Shown piece after piece: positions 1 through 9,325 of a stretch of DNA of 64,000 nt. Made by a program: the position numbers and the translations under genes. How positions within the stretch are numbered: the first letter of the stretch is position 1; every line of letters begins with the position of its first letter. Below the pieces are notes generated by a model that was not told the DNA's origin, did no database searches, and worked only from the letters and a program-made list of their open reading frames with translations. The DNA is from Bacillota bacterium (GTDB taxonomy: Bacteria; Bacillota_I; Bacilli_A; RF39; UBA660), in contig SVAL01000011.1 in assembly GCA_015059405.1 (NCBI GenBank), positions 3,806-67,805 on the forward strand, given 5' to 3'.

Positions 1-106
1 TTATTACACTCATAATCATTATTGCCCAGCGTAATCTTTCTCTTTTTACAAAATTATCGACATTTTCTGTATCTGTTATAGTTACTATCTTTTTTTCTTT
101 TTTCAT
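1..106 (-). CDS. hypothetical protein, N-terminal part only (gene runs off the left edge)
   Basis: ATG at 104-106, 10 nt after the stop of the upstream gene and preceded by a GGGGGA Shine-Dalgarno. The frame is open to position 1 (MKKEKKIVTITDTENVDNFVKRERLRWAIMIMSVI...). Not in the ORF track because it is truncated. Confidence 0.4.
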   Translation of the reverse strand, partial: MKKEKKIVTITDTENVDNFVKRERLRWAIMIMSVI

Positions 107-116
107 AGTTATCCCC

Positions 117-1922
117 CTAACCAGCAAATATAATTAATGATATCATAAGTATAAATAATATACAAATAACAAATAATACTGGCATTGAAACAAATGCTGC
201 TGCTTGATCAGAAGAATTGTTATTTGTTGGATAAGTGCCTATTGTTTTTTGTCTTGCATTAACATTTTCTTTTGATATTTCAGAAGATGCTTTTTTTGAT
301 TCAATATGTTCTACATATTTATTTACTGTTGCTTCATCATATCCTCTAATACTTAAGATTGTATTGTTTTCTGATTCTACTTGACAAGATGCTCTATCTA
401 AGGCATCAGCGCTTGTTGTAGAAACATTTGATGTTGCAATTGGATTATTTTCGGCATATGTATCAATTATTTGTGGCATTACTTTTTGATCGAATGCTTG
501 ACCATCTGAGAAAACAACAGTTTCACTACCACCCATTTCACTTCTCATAGTGACAACTCTTTGACTTGGGTTGTTAGCTGGTACTTCAATATCTAATATA
601 CATAATAAATGTGGATCATTACTTGTTTCAATAAAGTTTTCAATCATTTCAACTCGTGGATCTTGTTCCATACTACCATAAACATCTAAATCAGCTACAC
701 CATATGTTGCAACATCCATTACTTTTTTATCTCCTGATAAATCAACAGATGCATCTTCTAATTTTGTATCTACTACGCTTCCATTTGTTTCTAATTCAAA
801 AACATTTGAACCTTGTTTATTTTTTATTTCATATCCTATCATTCTTGCATATTCTAATGCCTTAGCATTATCATCAGCTACGATATAGTATGAATCTTTT
901 CCATCATTTCTAACATAACCAATTGTGAAATCATCTCCAATATCCGGATCGTCATTTCTAAAACGATCTTTGATATTTTTTAAGCCATCTGGCATATTAG
1001 TTGCATAATCAAAATCTCTTCTTGTAGTTTGTACTGTATTCTGTATCATTTGGAAAGTATTTCTAACATGGGCATAGAAATCTTCAACACTCATGTTTCT
1101 TGGATCTATTTCAATGGTAAATAGTTCTGTTTTAGTACTTAAATCGCGCATAAATTCTAGAGCTATACCATTGTTATTAGCATAGAGTTCATTCATTAGA
1201 TGATCTAGCATTTGTTTACTTTCATTATTTATTTCAAAACTTATATAAGGACCTCTTCCGCCTTTACCATCTAATGTAATATCTTTAATAGTCATTCCAG
1301 CAAAAATACAATATTTATAAGCTTCTTCCATTGCTGATTCTGCCTCTTTATACGATTCAGAATTAACATCTATATATATTTTTGGTTGATTTACTCCGAT
1401 TACTGGTTCAGGTTGTTCAACTAATGGTTCGTTTGAAGATGGTGCATCTGGTACTTCTTCTGGTTGTTCAACAACTTCTTTTGCTTCTGGTTCTTCGACT
1501 TGTTGTTGTTCTTTTGGTTTTTCTTCTGATTTTTCTACTGTTTCAACTTTAGGTTCTTCTTCTACAACTTGTTCTTTAGTTTCTTGAATTGCTTCAATTT
1601 GTGATGTTTCAACTCCACCAGTTACACTAACAGATAACTCATCCGCATTAATAACACCTGACTCTATATATTCAGCAACATCATCTACTGCTATTACTCC
1701 AGTATTAATATAACTTGCTATGTCAGAAGTATTAATATGACCAGTCTTTATATATTTAGCAATATCTTTTACTTCAATTAATCCATCTTTTAAATATAAT
1801 TCTATTGTTTTTGCATCAATAGTACCATCCTTAATATAATAATCTAAATCATCAATAGTAATGATACCATCTTCTAACATTTTATATATATCTTCTTCTG
1901 TATAAACACTTAAATCTATCAT
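117..1922 (-). CDS. tail-anchored protein with six 14-aa N-terminal repeats, unknown function
   Basis: Track ORF is 117..1934. I trim it to the ATG (MIDLSVY...) at 1922 because GGAGG lies 6 nt upstream and the track start is a TTG inside that SD. It has an exact 14-aa periodic repeat, a P/E-rich acidic linker, a ~400-aa globular part and a single C-terminal hydrophobic helix (AAFVSMPVLFVICILFILMISLIIFAG). No family recognised. Confidence 0.7.
   Translation of the reverse strand: MIDLSVYTEEDIYKMLEDGIITIDDLDYYIKDGTIDAKTIELYLKDGLIEVKDIAKYIKTGHINTSDIASYINTGVIAVDDVAEYIESGVINADELSVSVTGGVETSQIEAIQETKEQVVEEEPKVETVEKSEEKPKEQQQVEEPEAKEVVEQPEEVPDAPSSNEPLVEQPEPVIGVNQPKIYIDVNSESYKEAESAMEEAYKYCIFAGMTIKDITLDGKGGRGPYISFEINNESKQMLDHLMNELYANNNGIALEFMRDLSTKTELFTIEIDPRNMSVEDFYAHVRNTFQMIQNTVQTTRRDFDYATNMPDGLKNIKDRFRNDDPDIGDDFTIGYVRNDGKDSYYIVADDNAKALEYARMIGYEIKNKQGSNVFELETNGSVVDTKLEDASVDLSGDKKVMDVATYGVADLDVYGSMEQDPRVEMIENFIETSNDPHLLCILDIEVPANNPSQRVVTMRSEMGGSETVVFSDGQAFDQKVMPQIIDTYAENNPIATSNVSTTSADALDRASCQVESENNTILSIRGYDEATVNKYVEHIESKKASSEISKENVNARQKTIGTYPTNNNSSDQAAAFVSMPVLFVICILFILMISLIIFAG
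1644..1895 (-). repeat. coding tandem repeat, 6 x 14 aa (consensus about xDIxxYIxxGxIxx)
   Basis: Gly recurs at track residues 23, 37, 51, 65, 79 and 93. Units are EDIYKMLEDGIITI / DDLDYYIKDGTIDA / KTIELYLKDGLIEV / KDIAKYIKTGHINT / SDIASYINTGVIAV / DDVAEYIESGVINA. Confidence 0.85.
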
Positions 1923-1934
1923 AAATACCTCCAA

Positions 1935-2216
1935 CTATCCTAATATTATTTTATCATATATTATAACTATCAAAAATAAAAACCAAGGAATTGACGTCAA
2001 ATATATAATAAATAAAAGTTTATTATGTTTTGTTTTATGTCTAAATATTTTACTAGATAAAAGAAATCCTATAAATCCTCCTAAGATGCTTAAAAAGATA
2101 AATAGTTTTTCTGATATTCTTGTTTTTCTTTTTTTAGATAAATACTTATCATATGTACAAAGAAAAAAAGAGATAATATTTATGAATAATAGAAATATAA
2201 AGAAATCTATATTCAT
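1935..2216 (-). CDS. DUF1294-family small membrane protein
   Basis: 93 aa. It has the motif typical of DUF1294: basic stretch KKRKTRISEKxLFxLSILGGFIGFLLSSKIFRHKTKH, followed by a further TM helix. Confidence 0.6.
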   Translation of the reverse strand: MNIDFFIFLLFINIISFFLCTYDKYLSKKRKTRISEKLFIFLSILGGFIGFLLSSKIFRHKTKHNKLLFIIYLTSIPWFLFLIVIIYDKIILG

Positions 2217-2229
2217 AAAATCACCTCTT

Positions 2230-4854
2230 CTATAAAAGTTCTATTTCTTCTTTTTCTTCTAGTTCACCATAGTATGCTTCTAATAGTAAATCTTTTAATT
2301 CACTTACTAAAGGCATTCTTGGATTAGATGGAGTACATTGATCTTCAAAAGCTTTCTCAGCTAAATAATCTACTTTAGATAAGAATTCTTGTTCATCTAT
2401 TCCATACTCTTTTAATGTTTTAGGTATACCTAATTTCTTATTCATAATATTAATAGTATTAATAAGAGAATTAATAGCTATTTCTTTTGTTTTAGATGGT
2501 AATCCTACTCTTTTAGCTAGTGTTGCATATTTTTCATCAGCTATAAAATATTCATATTTTGGGAATGATACAAACTTAGTTGGTGTTGTAGAATTATATC
2601 TAATTATATATGGAAGTAATATTGCATTACATCTTCCATGAGGGATATGGAATTCTCCTCCTAATTTATGAGCTAGTGAATGGTTGATTCCTAAGAAAGC
2701 ATTCGTAAATGCCATACCAGCAATACAACTAGCATTATGCATTTTTTCACGGGCTACCTTATCATCACCATGTTCATAAGCTTGTAATAAATAATTAAAT
2801 ACAAGTTCTGTTGCTTTTTCAGCAAGTCCATCAGTATAATCATTTGCCATAGTTGATACATATGCTTCAATGGCATGAGTTAAAACATCCATTCCTGTAT
2901 CCGCTGTTAAACCTTTTGGTAAAGTCATAACTAAATCTGGATCGATTATTGCTACATCTGGTGTTAATTCATAATCAGCAAGTGGATATTTAATATTTTT
3001 TTCTTTATCTGTGATAACTGCAAATGATGTAACTTCACTACCAGTACCACTAGTAGTTGGTATTGCTACCATCTTAGCTTTACCACCTAGAATAGGATAT
3101 TTATAAGTTCTTTTTCTAATATCCATAAATTTAAGTTTTAATCCATCAATATCTACTTCGGGATGTTCATAGAATAACCACATTCCTTTAGCTGCATCAA
3201 TTGGGCTTCCTCCACCTAAAGCAATAATTGTATCAGGTCTAAAACGATTCATTTCTTCAACACCATTATATACAGTTGTAAACGATGGATCTGGTTCAAC
3301 ATTTGAGAATACTTCTACATGAACTGGATTTTTTCTTTTTTCTAATTGATATATAATTTTATCAACGTATCCAAAATCTACCATTGCTTGGTCTGTTACA
3401 ATAAATACTTTTTCTACTTCAGGCATCTTTGATAAATATTCAATTGATCCTGCTTCAAAGTAAATTCTATTTGGCACTTTAAACCATTGCATATTTACTC
3501 TTCTTTTAGCTACTCTTTTTAGATTTATTAAATTAACACTAGATACATTATCAGTAGTTGAATTACCACCAAAAGTACCACAACCTAAAGTTAAAGATGG
3601 CATATTAGTATTATAAATATCACCAATTGCACCATGTGTTGATGGTGAGTTAACAATAATACGTCCAGCTTTTAAAGTATTAGAAAATTTATCAATAATA
3701 TCTTTATCTTCAGCATGAACAACTGCAGAGTGACCTAAACCACCATATTCAACTAATTTTTCAGCTAGAGTTATTCCTTCATCACTATCTTTAACAATAT
3801 AGTAAGTCAAAACTGGACTTAGTTTCTCTTTAGAGAATGGATGTTCATCACCAACACCATTTTCTTTTACTACTAAAATCTTAGTATCACGTGGTACTTC
3901 AATTCCAGCATTTTTAGCAATTAAATATGGACTTTGTCCAACAACTGCACTATTTAAATCAAATTTATCATTTTTTATATTAAACATATATTCTTGAAGT
4001 TTAGTTTTTTCTCTTGGAGTTAAAAAATAACATCCATTTTCAATCATTAAACTTTCAAAATCTACACTTATTTCTTTATCTACAATAACAGATTGTTCAC
4101 TAGCACAAATCATACCATTATCAAATGATTTAGATAAAATTAAATCTGTTACACTTCTTTTTAACTTAGCACTTTTATTAATATAACAAGGTACATTACC
4201 AGGACCAACTCCTAAAGCTGGTTTACCACAAGAGTATGCGGCTTTAACCATTCCAGTACCACCTGTTGCAAGTATTAGACTTACATCAGGATGATTCATT
4301 AAAGCACTAGTTGCATCAATAGACGGTTCTTCAATCCATAAAATACAATCTTCCGGTGCTCCAGCACTAATAGCAGCATCTCTTAATATTTTTGCTGTTT
4401 CAACACTACATTTTTGAGCTGATGGATGAAATCCGAATACAATAACATTTCTTGTTTTAGCCGATATTAAAGATTTAAAACATGTTGTTGAAGTAGGATT
4501 TGTTACTGGGGTTACACCCGCAATAATACCAATTGGTTCAGCAATCATTTGATATCCTTCTTCTTCATTATCTTGGACTACACCAACAGTTTTATCATAT
4601 TTAATGCTATGGTATACATATTCAGATGCAAAGATATTTTTTGTTATCTTATCTTCATAAATACCACGTCCAGTTTCTTCAACTGCCATTTTAGCAAGAC
4701 GCATATGATTTTCTAGTATTGCCATAGACATTTTCTTTATAATACGATTTACATCTTCTTGGTTTAATTTTTTATACTCTTCACTAGCTTTTTTTGCTCT
4801 TTGGATTAGTTCATCAATCATAACACTAATCTTTTCATCTACTACTTTTGCCAT
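2230..4854 (-). CDS. adhE: bifunctional acetaldehyde-CoA/alcohol dehydrogenase
   Basis: 874 aa. The N-terminal ALDH domain shows [17 protein letters not shown]-like and GPGNVP motifs. The C-terminal iron-ADH domain shows [10 protein letters not shown] and histidine-rich metal-site motifs. Length and architecture are typical of AdhE. Confidence 0.95.
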   Translation of the reverse strand: MAKVVDEKISVMIDELIQRAKKASEEYKKLNQEDVNRIIKKMSMAILENHMRLAKMAVEETGRGIYEDKITKNIFASEYVYHSIKYDKTVGVVQDNEEEGYQMIAEPIGIIAGVTPVTNPTSTTCFKSLISAKTRNVIVFGFHPSAQKCSVETAKILRDAAISAGAPEDCILWIEEPSIDATSALMNHPDVSLILATGGTGMVKAAYSCGKPALGVGPGNVPCYINKSAKLKRSVTDLILSKSFDNGMICASEQSVIVDKEISVDFESLMIENGCYFLTPREKTKLQEYMFNIKNDKFDLNSAVVGQSPYLIAKNAGIEVPRDTKILVVKENGVGDEHPFSKEKLSPVLTYYIVKDSDEGITLAEKLVEYGGLGHSAVVHAEDKDIIDKFSNTLKAGRIIVNSPSTHGAIGDIYNTNMPSLTLGCGTFGGNSTTDNVSSVNLINLKRVAKRRVNMQWFKVPNRIYFEAGSIEYLSKMPEVEKVFIVTDQAMVDFGYVDKIIYQLEKRKNPVHVEVFSNVEPDPSFTTVYNGVEEMNRFRPDTIIALGGGSPIDAAKGMWLFYEHPEVDIDGLKLKFMDIRKRTYKYPILGGKAKMVAIPTTSGTGSEVTSFAVITDKEKNIKYPLADYELTPDVAIIDPDLVMTLPKGLTADTGMDVLTHAIEAYVSTMANDYTDGLAEKATELVFNYLLQAYEHGDDKVAREKMHNASCIAGMAFTNAFLGINHSLAHKLGGEFHIPHGRCNAILLPYIIRYNSTTPTKFVSFPKYEYFIADEKYATLAKRVGLPSKTKEIAINSLINTINIMNKKLGIPKTLKEYGIDEQEFLSKVDYLAEKAFEDQCTPSNPRMPLVSELKDLLLEAYYGELEEKEEIELL

Positions 4855-4921
4855 TTTACAGCACCCCTTTATTATACATATATTATTATATCATAATAAA
4901 AAATATAAAAGTATATATTTT

Positions 4922-4948
4922 TATAAAAAAAGAAGGTTTTATCCTTCT
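4922..4948 (-). terminator. rho-independent terminator after the YtxH-like gene
   Basis: Stem AGAAGG (4931-4936) / CCTTCT (4943-4948) overlaps the stop codon. It is followed on the minus strand by a T-run (A-run 4924-4931 on plus). Confidence 0.6.
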
Positions 4949-5340
4949 AATTTCTTTTCTACATCTTTTAGAACTGCTAGAGTTTTCTTTTTTACTTCTT
5001 TTGTAGCTTTTTCTACTACAGGAGTTCCTTTTTCTTTAGCAAATTCTACTAGTTCTTCGCATTTTACTTTTAAAAGTGCTATTTTTCTTTGAGCAATGTC
5101 TTTTACTTTTTCACTATCTAAATCTTTTAAATCTTCAATAATTTCTTGAGTTTTAGCAACTAGTTTTTCTTTTACTTCAGCAACATCTATTTCTTTTGCT
5201 TTTTCAATTAAATCATCTAGTTTTTCTTTTAATTCTTTTCTTGTTTCTTTTCCTGATTTAGGTGCGAACAAAATACCTAATGTTCCTCCTACTATTGCTC
5301 CTAATGCGAATGCTCCCCATCCTGATTTCTTTTTACTCAT
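4939..5340 (-). CDS. YtxH-domain general-stress-type protein
   Basis: N-terminal GWGAFALGAIVGGTLGILFAPKSGKETRKELKEK is the YtxH signature. The rest is a K/E-rich helix. Start trimmed to MSKKKSGW (5340), which overlaps the upstream stop by 8 nt. Confidence 0.7.
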   Translation of the reverse strand: MSKKKSGWGAFALGAIVGGTLGILFAPKSGKETRKELKEKLDDLIEKAKEIDVAEVKEKLVAKTQEIIEDLKDLDSEKVKDIAQRKIALLKVKCEELVEFAKEKGTPVVEKATKEVKKKTLAVLKDVEKKLEG

Positions 5341-5605
5341 CTTTATCACCCTTTCCAAATTTTTTTACAAAGCTTAATGCACTATCAATTCTAGAAATAA
5401 CTTTCTTATTTACAAAAGATAATGTATTACTTAGTCCATCAAAGAATTCAAATGTTCCATCGAATGTATGAAGTTTTTTATTTACATCTTTTAATGTTTC
5501 ATTTAAACTGTCTACTGCTAAGATTGCTTTAATTCCTAAAACTATTAAAACACTTAATAATACCATCACTAGTATATATATGATTGTCATCATTGTTATG
5601 TCCAT
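5333..5605 (-). CDS. DUF948-like small membrane protein
   Basis: 90 aa, with an N-terminal TM helix and then a helical region. It is paired with a YtxH gene, as is commonly seen in Firmicutes. Confidence 0.5.
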   Translation of the reverse strand: MDITMMTIIYILVMVLLSVLIVLGIKAILAVDSLNETLKDVNKKLHTFDGTFEFFDGLSNTLSFVNKKVISRIDSALSFVKKFGKGDKDE

Positions 5606-5619
5606 TTTTATTTTCTCCT

Positions 5620-6162
5620 TTAATCTATATTATTTTTAAATAGATAACTCATTATTATATCTAAAATAGAATAAAATATTATTATCATTCCCATTGATTG
5701 ATTTATATTTAATACATCTTCCATTGGATCTAAAACAATTAATATACTTAGTACAATCATTAATATAAATATTAATAAACATACACCAAAATCTTTCTTT
5801 TGGTCTTTTCTTACTTGTTTTAAGTATCCTAATTTTAACATTAAAGTTACAAACATAATTATACCTATTGCTAGTGGTACAAAGTTTTCTATAATAAGTG
5901 GTTTAAAGAATAACACTAATGTTACTATAAAAGCCATAATACCATATATGATATTTATATCTATTTTTTTTGTTTTATCTTTTCTAGTAAAATATTTAAA
6001 CAAACCAAATAATGATACCAATAATGTAATAACATTTAAACATCTAGCAATAATTAAATATGTAGTATTTAGTTGATATAATAAATATCCTCCAAATACA
6101 GCAAATAAAATTGATGTTATAATCGTTACCCAAAAGTTTTTTTCTGCTTCTTCATTACTCAT
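5620..6162 (-). CDS. polytopic membrane protein (possibly HdeD/DUF308-like)
   Basis: 180 aa with about 5-6 hydrophobic helices. The start lies 1 nt after the stop of the upstream gene. The family call is tentative. Confidence 0.4.
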   Translation of the reverse strand: MSNEEAEKNFWVTIITSILFAVFGGYLLYQLNTTYLIIARCLNVITLLVSLFGLFKYFTRKDKTKKIDINIIYGIMAFIVTLVLFFKPLIIENFVPLAIGIIMFVTLMLKLGYLKQVRKDQKKDFGVCLLIFILMIVLSILIVLDPMEDVLNINQSMGMIIIFYSILDIIMSYLFKNNID

Positions 6163-6163
6163 A

Positions 6164-7768
6164 CTACATTCCTCCTACTACAGTTGAAATAATGTAAAAT
6201 ATCATTAACATAATACATACTATAATAACTCCAATTAATATTTTTTGTACTGGTGATGATTTCTTTTTATTACCTATATGTAATAATGCTGTTTTTCTTT
6301 CTTTATCTCCCATTAAGTATAATAATGTTTGTGATATTAAACTAATTGAATCTCCACCTACAATAGCTGTATTTTTTGTATATACATTATCTACTACGAT
6401 GAATGGTACTCTATTAGCATAGTTTGCTAATACTTTATATTCATCCTTTTCTTTTGTTTGAATAGTTGCTTCTTCTTTTATACCATATAGTGATGAAAAT
6501 ATTAACATATGATTATTACTATAAGTATATTCATATACTTTTCTTAAAGCTTTATCCATTTGACCAAAATTAAATTTTAATTTTTCTAAATCTCCTTTTT
6601 TAAAATCATTTAATAAATTATAGTCAATGATAATATATTCATCTTCTCCATTTTGAATTTCATTTAATAGTATTTGAGTCATTTCAGCAAAATAATCATT
6701 ATTTATTTTTACTGATTTTGTGTTTAAGTATGGATTTACTTCATTATTATTACCATTTAAAACACTATTTATATATGGTGCTCTTGTACTATCAGCAATA
6801 AGAGTTACTTTTTTATTTAATTTTTCTAAATCCTTTGTAAAATATGTAACAGGTTTATCATATTCATAAGAATGAGCAAGAGTTGCATTTTCTTGAATTG
6901 GTAATAAAGAAGTTATCTTAATATTTTCTGGATTAGTATCTACATTAAATAATTGTTTTGGATTAACTATGATACTTAAATATCTAAGTATTGGCATTGG
7001 TTCATAGTTAAATATAAAGATACTATCATTGCTTTCAAATAGTACTCTTCTTCTTGTTAAGAATGGGGCTATTTGTTCATCAGCAAAACCATTTTTATAT
7101 CTACTATCAAATAGTTCTTGCCAATCTGGCCATGTTTCTGCAATTGAAGTAGTTGCTATTTTATATAATTTAGATAAATTAGTAACTGGTGTTGTGTCAC
7201 TAACATGATCCATACCAACTATTAAAGAGATATGGGTATTATCAAAATCAGAAATATTTCTAGTTACAGCTTTAATAGAATCTTTAGCTGTTTTTAAACC
7301 TCTTTCACTGTTATATCCAATAAATAAATGAATACATACTTCTTTAACTTTCATTTCTTCACATTTTTTTAAGAAGGCTTTTAATTGGTCTCCTGTTGAG
7401 TATGAGAACTTATCTCCAATCATAAAGAAGATATGCATCTTAGAATTGTTTTTAACTGCAAAATCAATACTATTAATCATGTTTTCTTCAATAAAATTAT
7501 TTTCTTCAATTCTTCTATCCATACTTCTTACAGCAAGATCGATATAACCTCCTGTTGAAAAGCAAGAATAACCAGTTTTGTATGTACTAATTTGATTATT
7601 ATTAAAGCCACATTCTTTTCCTGTTGCGGATAAGCCAGTAAACATATATTCTTGACTTAATTTTAAAACAGTTGGTATTAATTCATCTCCTAGACTATAA
7701 GAGTTTTTAGCTTCCATACCAAAACCATTTGCTAAGAATAATATTTTTTTCTTTGTGTCCATAGTCAT
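6164..7768 (-). CDS. membrane-anchored, apparently catalytically degenerate homologue of cofactor-independent phosphoglycerate mutase (iPGM/GpmI-like)
   Basis: Colinear by eye with GpmI: KKILFLANGFG~ALIILDGFG, LSATGKECGF~LTASGEAVGLP, HIFFMIGD~HLFGLLSDGG, VCIHLFIGYNSE~VYIHGFLDGRD, SIFIFNYEP~SVIFYNFRPDR, ANRVPFIVV~TNPVPVIV. The positions of the catalytic Ser and the Mn ligands are substituted. An extra C-terminal TM helix (ILIGVIIVCIMLMIFYIISTVVGG) is present. Confidence 0.6.
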   Translation of the reverse strand: MTMDTKKKILFLANGFGMEAKNSYSLGDELIPTVLKLSQEYMFTGLSATGKECGFNNNQISTYKTGYSCFSTGGYIDLAVRSMDRRIEENNFIEENMINSIDFAVKNNSKMHIFFMIGDKFSYSTGDQLKAFLKKCEEMKVKEVCIHLFIGYNSERGLKTAKDSIKAVTRNISDFDNTHISLIVGMDHVSDTTPVTNLSKLYKIATTSIAETWPDWQELFDSRYKNGFADEQIAPFLTRRRVLFESNDSIFIFNYEPMPILRYLSIIVNPKQLFNVDTNPENIKITSLLPIQENATLAHSYEYDKPVTYFTKDLEKLNKKVTLIADSTRAPYINSVLNGNNNEVNPYLNTKSVKINNDYFAEMTQILLNEIQNGEDEYIIIDYNLLNDFKKGDLEKLKFNFGQMDKALRKVYEYTYSNNHMLIFSSLYGIKEEATIQTKEKDEYKVLANYANRVPFIVVDNVYTKNTAIVGGDSISLISQTLLYLMGDKERKTALLHIGNKKKSSPVQKILIGVIIVCIMLMIFYIISTVVGGM

Positions 7769-7825
7769 TCCCCTCTACTATTTCTTAATTATATTTTATA
7801 TCATAAAAGTTCTTTTTATCAATAG

Positions 7826-8659
7826 TTATTTAGATTGTTCTAAATATGCTTTAATGACATTTTTCATAAGAGATATAACAGTCATTCTACCTACTCCATT
7901 AGGTACTGGTGTTAAATGTGATACTTTATCTTTAACACTTTCAAAATCTACATCTCCATATATTTTTCCATCTTCTACATTTATTCCTACATCGATTACA
8001 ACTGCATTATCTTTGACCATATCAGATTTAACAAAATACTTTTTACCAATTGCAACAATTAATATATCTGCACTTCTTGTAATATCACTTAAATTTTCGG
8101 TTTTAGAGTGACACACAGTAACTGTTGCATTCTCATTTAATAAACAGGCAATTAATGGTTTACCTACTAATTTACTTCTACCTAATATTACTGCATGTTT
8201 TCCTTTTAAAGGAATATTATATCTTTTAAATAATTCCATTACTCCTAAAGCAGTACATGGTGTGTATGCATTTTTTCCATCAAATAAATTCCCAATATTT
8301 GTAGTAGTTAATCCATCTACATCTTTTTTATGAGATACGGCATTAACTATCCTATCTTCATTCAAGTGATTTGGAAGTGGTAACTGTACCATAATACCAT
8401 TTACATTTTTATCATTATTTAGTTCTTCTATTTTATTAATTACTTCTTCTTCAGAAATATTATCATCAAAATTTATATGATTTACATCTATACCAATAGA
8501 AGTACCTACTTTTATCTTTTGAGCAACATATTTATTACTTGGACCATAATTTCCTACTTGTATTATTGTAAGATTTGGAATAGTTTTTAACTTGCTAACT
8601 TCTTCCCTTAACTCAATAATCATTTCCTCTTGTATTTTTTTACCATCAATTAATATCAT
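7826..8659 (-). CDS. folD: bifunctional methylenetetrahydrofolate dehydrogenase/methenyltetrahydrofolate cyclohydrolase
   Basis: 277 aa. Motifs: YVxxKxK region (NKYVAQKIKVG), GIMVQLPLP, GRSKLVGKPLxxLL...ATVTVCHSKT, and PVPGGVG-like PVPNGVGRMT. Confidence 0.95.
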   Translation of the reverse strand: MILIDGKKIQEEMIIELREEVSKLKTIPNLTIIQVGNYGPSNKYVAQKIKVGTSIGIDVNHINFDDNISEEEVINKIEELNNDKNVNGIMVQLPLPNHLNEDRIVNAVSHKKDVDGLTTTNIGNLFDGKNAYTPCTALGVMELFKRYNIPLKGKHAVILGRSKLVGKPLIACLLNENATVTVCHSKTENLSDITRSADILIVAIGKKYFVKSDMVKDNAVVIDVGINVEDGKIYGDVDFESVKDKVSHLTPVPNGVGRMTVISLMKNVIKAYLEQSK

Positions 8660-8718
8660 ACTATCTCTCCTATCTTTTATTATAACATAGTTATGTTTAA
8701 CTTCCTAAACAAACCATA

Positions 8719-8745
8719 ATAAAAAGCATCTGTTTGACAGATACT
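8719..8745 (-). terminator. rho-independent terminator after the YfcE-like gene
   Basis: Stem AGCATCTG (8725-8732) / CAGATACT (8738-8745) with one mismatch, then a T-run on the minus strand. Confidence 0.5.
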
Positions 8746-8746
8746 T

Positions 8747-9265
8747 TTATTTATCTATAATTAAACAATTTAATAAATTATTATCTATATCATAAAGATA
8801 AAATTTATTATCTTCATAAATAATATAACTACCATCAGTATTATCTCTTGGCAAAGATATTGATCCTGGATTTAAATAATATTTATTATTTTCTTTATAC
8901 ATACAACTAATATGAGTATGACCAGATATTAATATATCTCCAGATTTTAAATCTAAGTTATTTCTATTATACTTATTTCCATGAGTTATATATACATTAT
9001 TATTATCTAACTTTATATTTAAATATCCATCTATTACATTAAAATCTAATTCATTAAAGATATATCCATCATTATTACCCTTCATACAAAGAAGAGAAAA
9101 TTTAAAATTATTTAATATATTTTTTACTTCTTCATAATCAGAGCCTGGTGTTAAAAGATCTCCTAGTATTATTAATCTTTTACAACCTTCTTTATAAAAT
9201 ACATCTAATACTTTTTTTAAATTTTTACTATATCCATGAATATCAGATATTATCATTGTCTTCAT
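8747..9265 (-). CDS. YfcE/MJ0936-family metallophosphoesterase
   Basis: Motifs in order: ISDIHG, ILGDLL, GNND, THGN, GHTH. Start trimmed to MKTMIISD. Confidence 0.8.
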   Translation of the reverse strand: MKTMIISDIHGYSKNLKKVLDVFYKEGCKRLIILGDLLTPGSDYEEVKNILNNFKFSLLCMKGNNDGYIFNELDFNVIDGYLNIKLDNNNVYITHGNKYNRNNLDLKSGDILISGHTHISCMYKENNKYYLNPGSISLPRDNTDGSYIIYEDNKFYLYDIDNNLLNCLIIDK

Positions 9266-9325
9266 ATTAATCCCTCTCATTCATTATAATAAATTATTAA
9301 AAAAGAAAAAAGACTTAGTAAGTCT

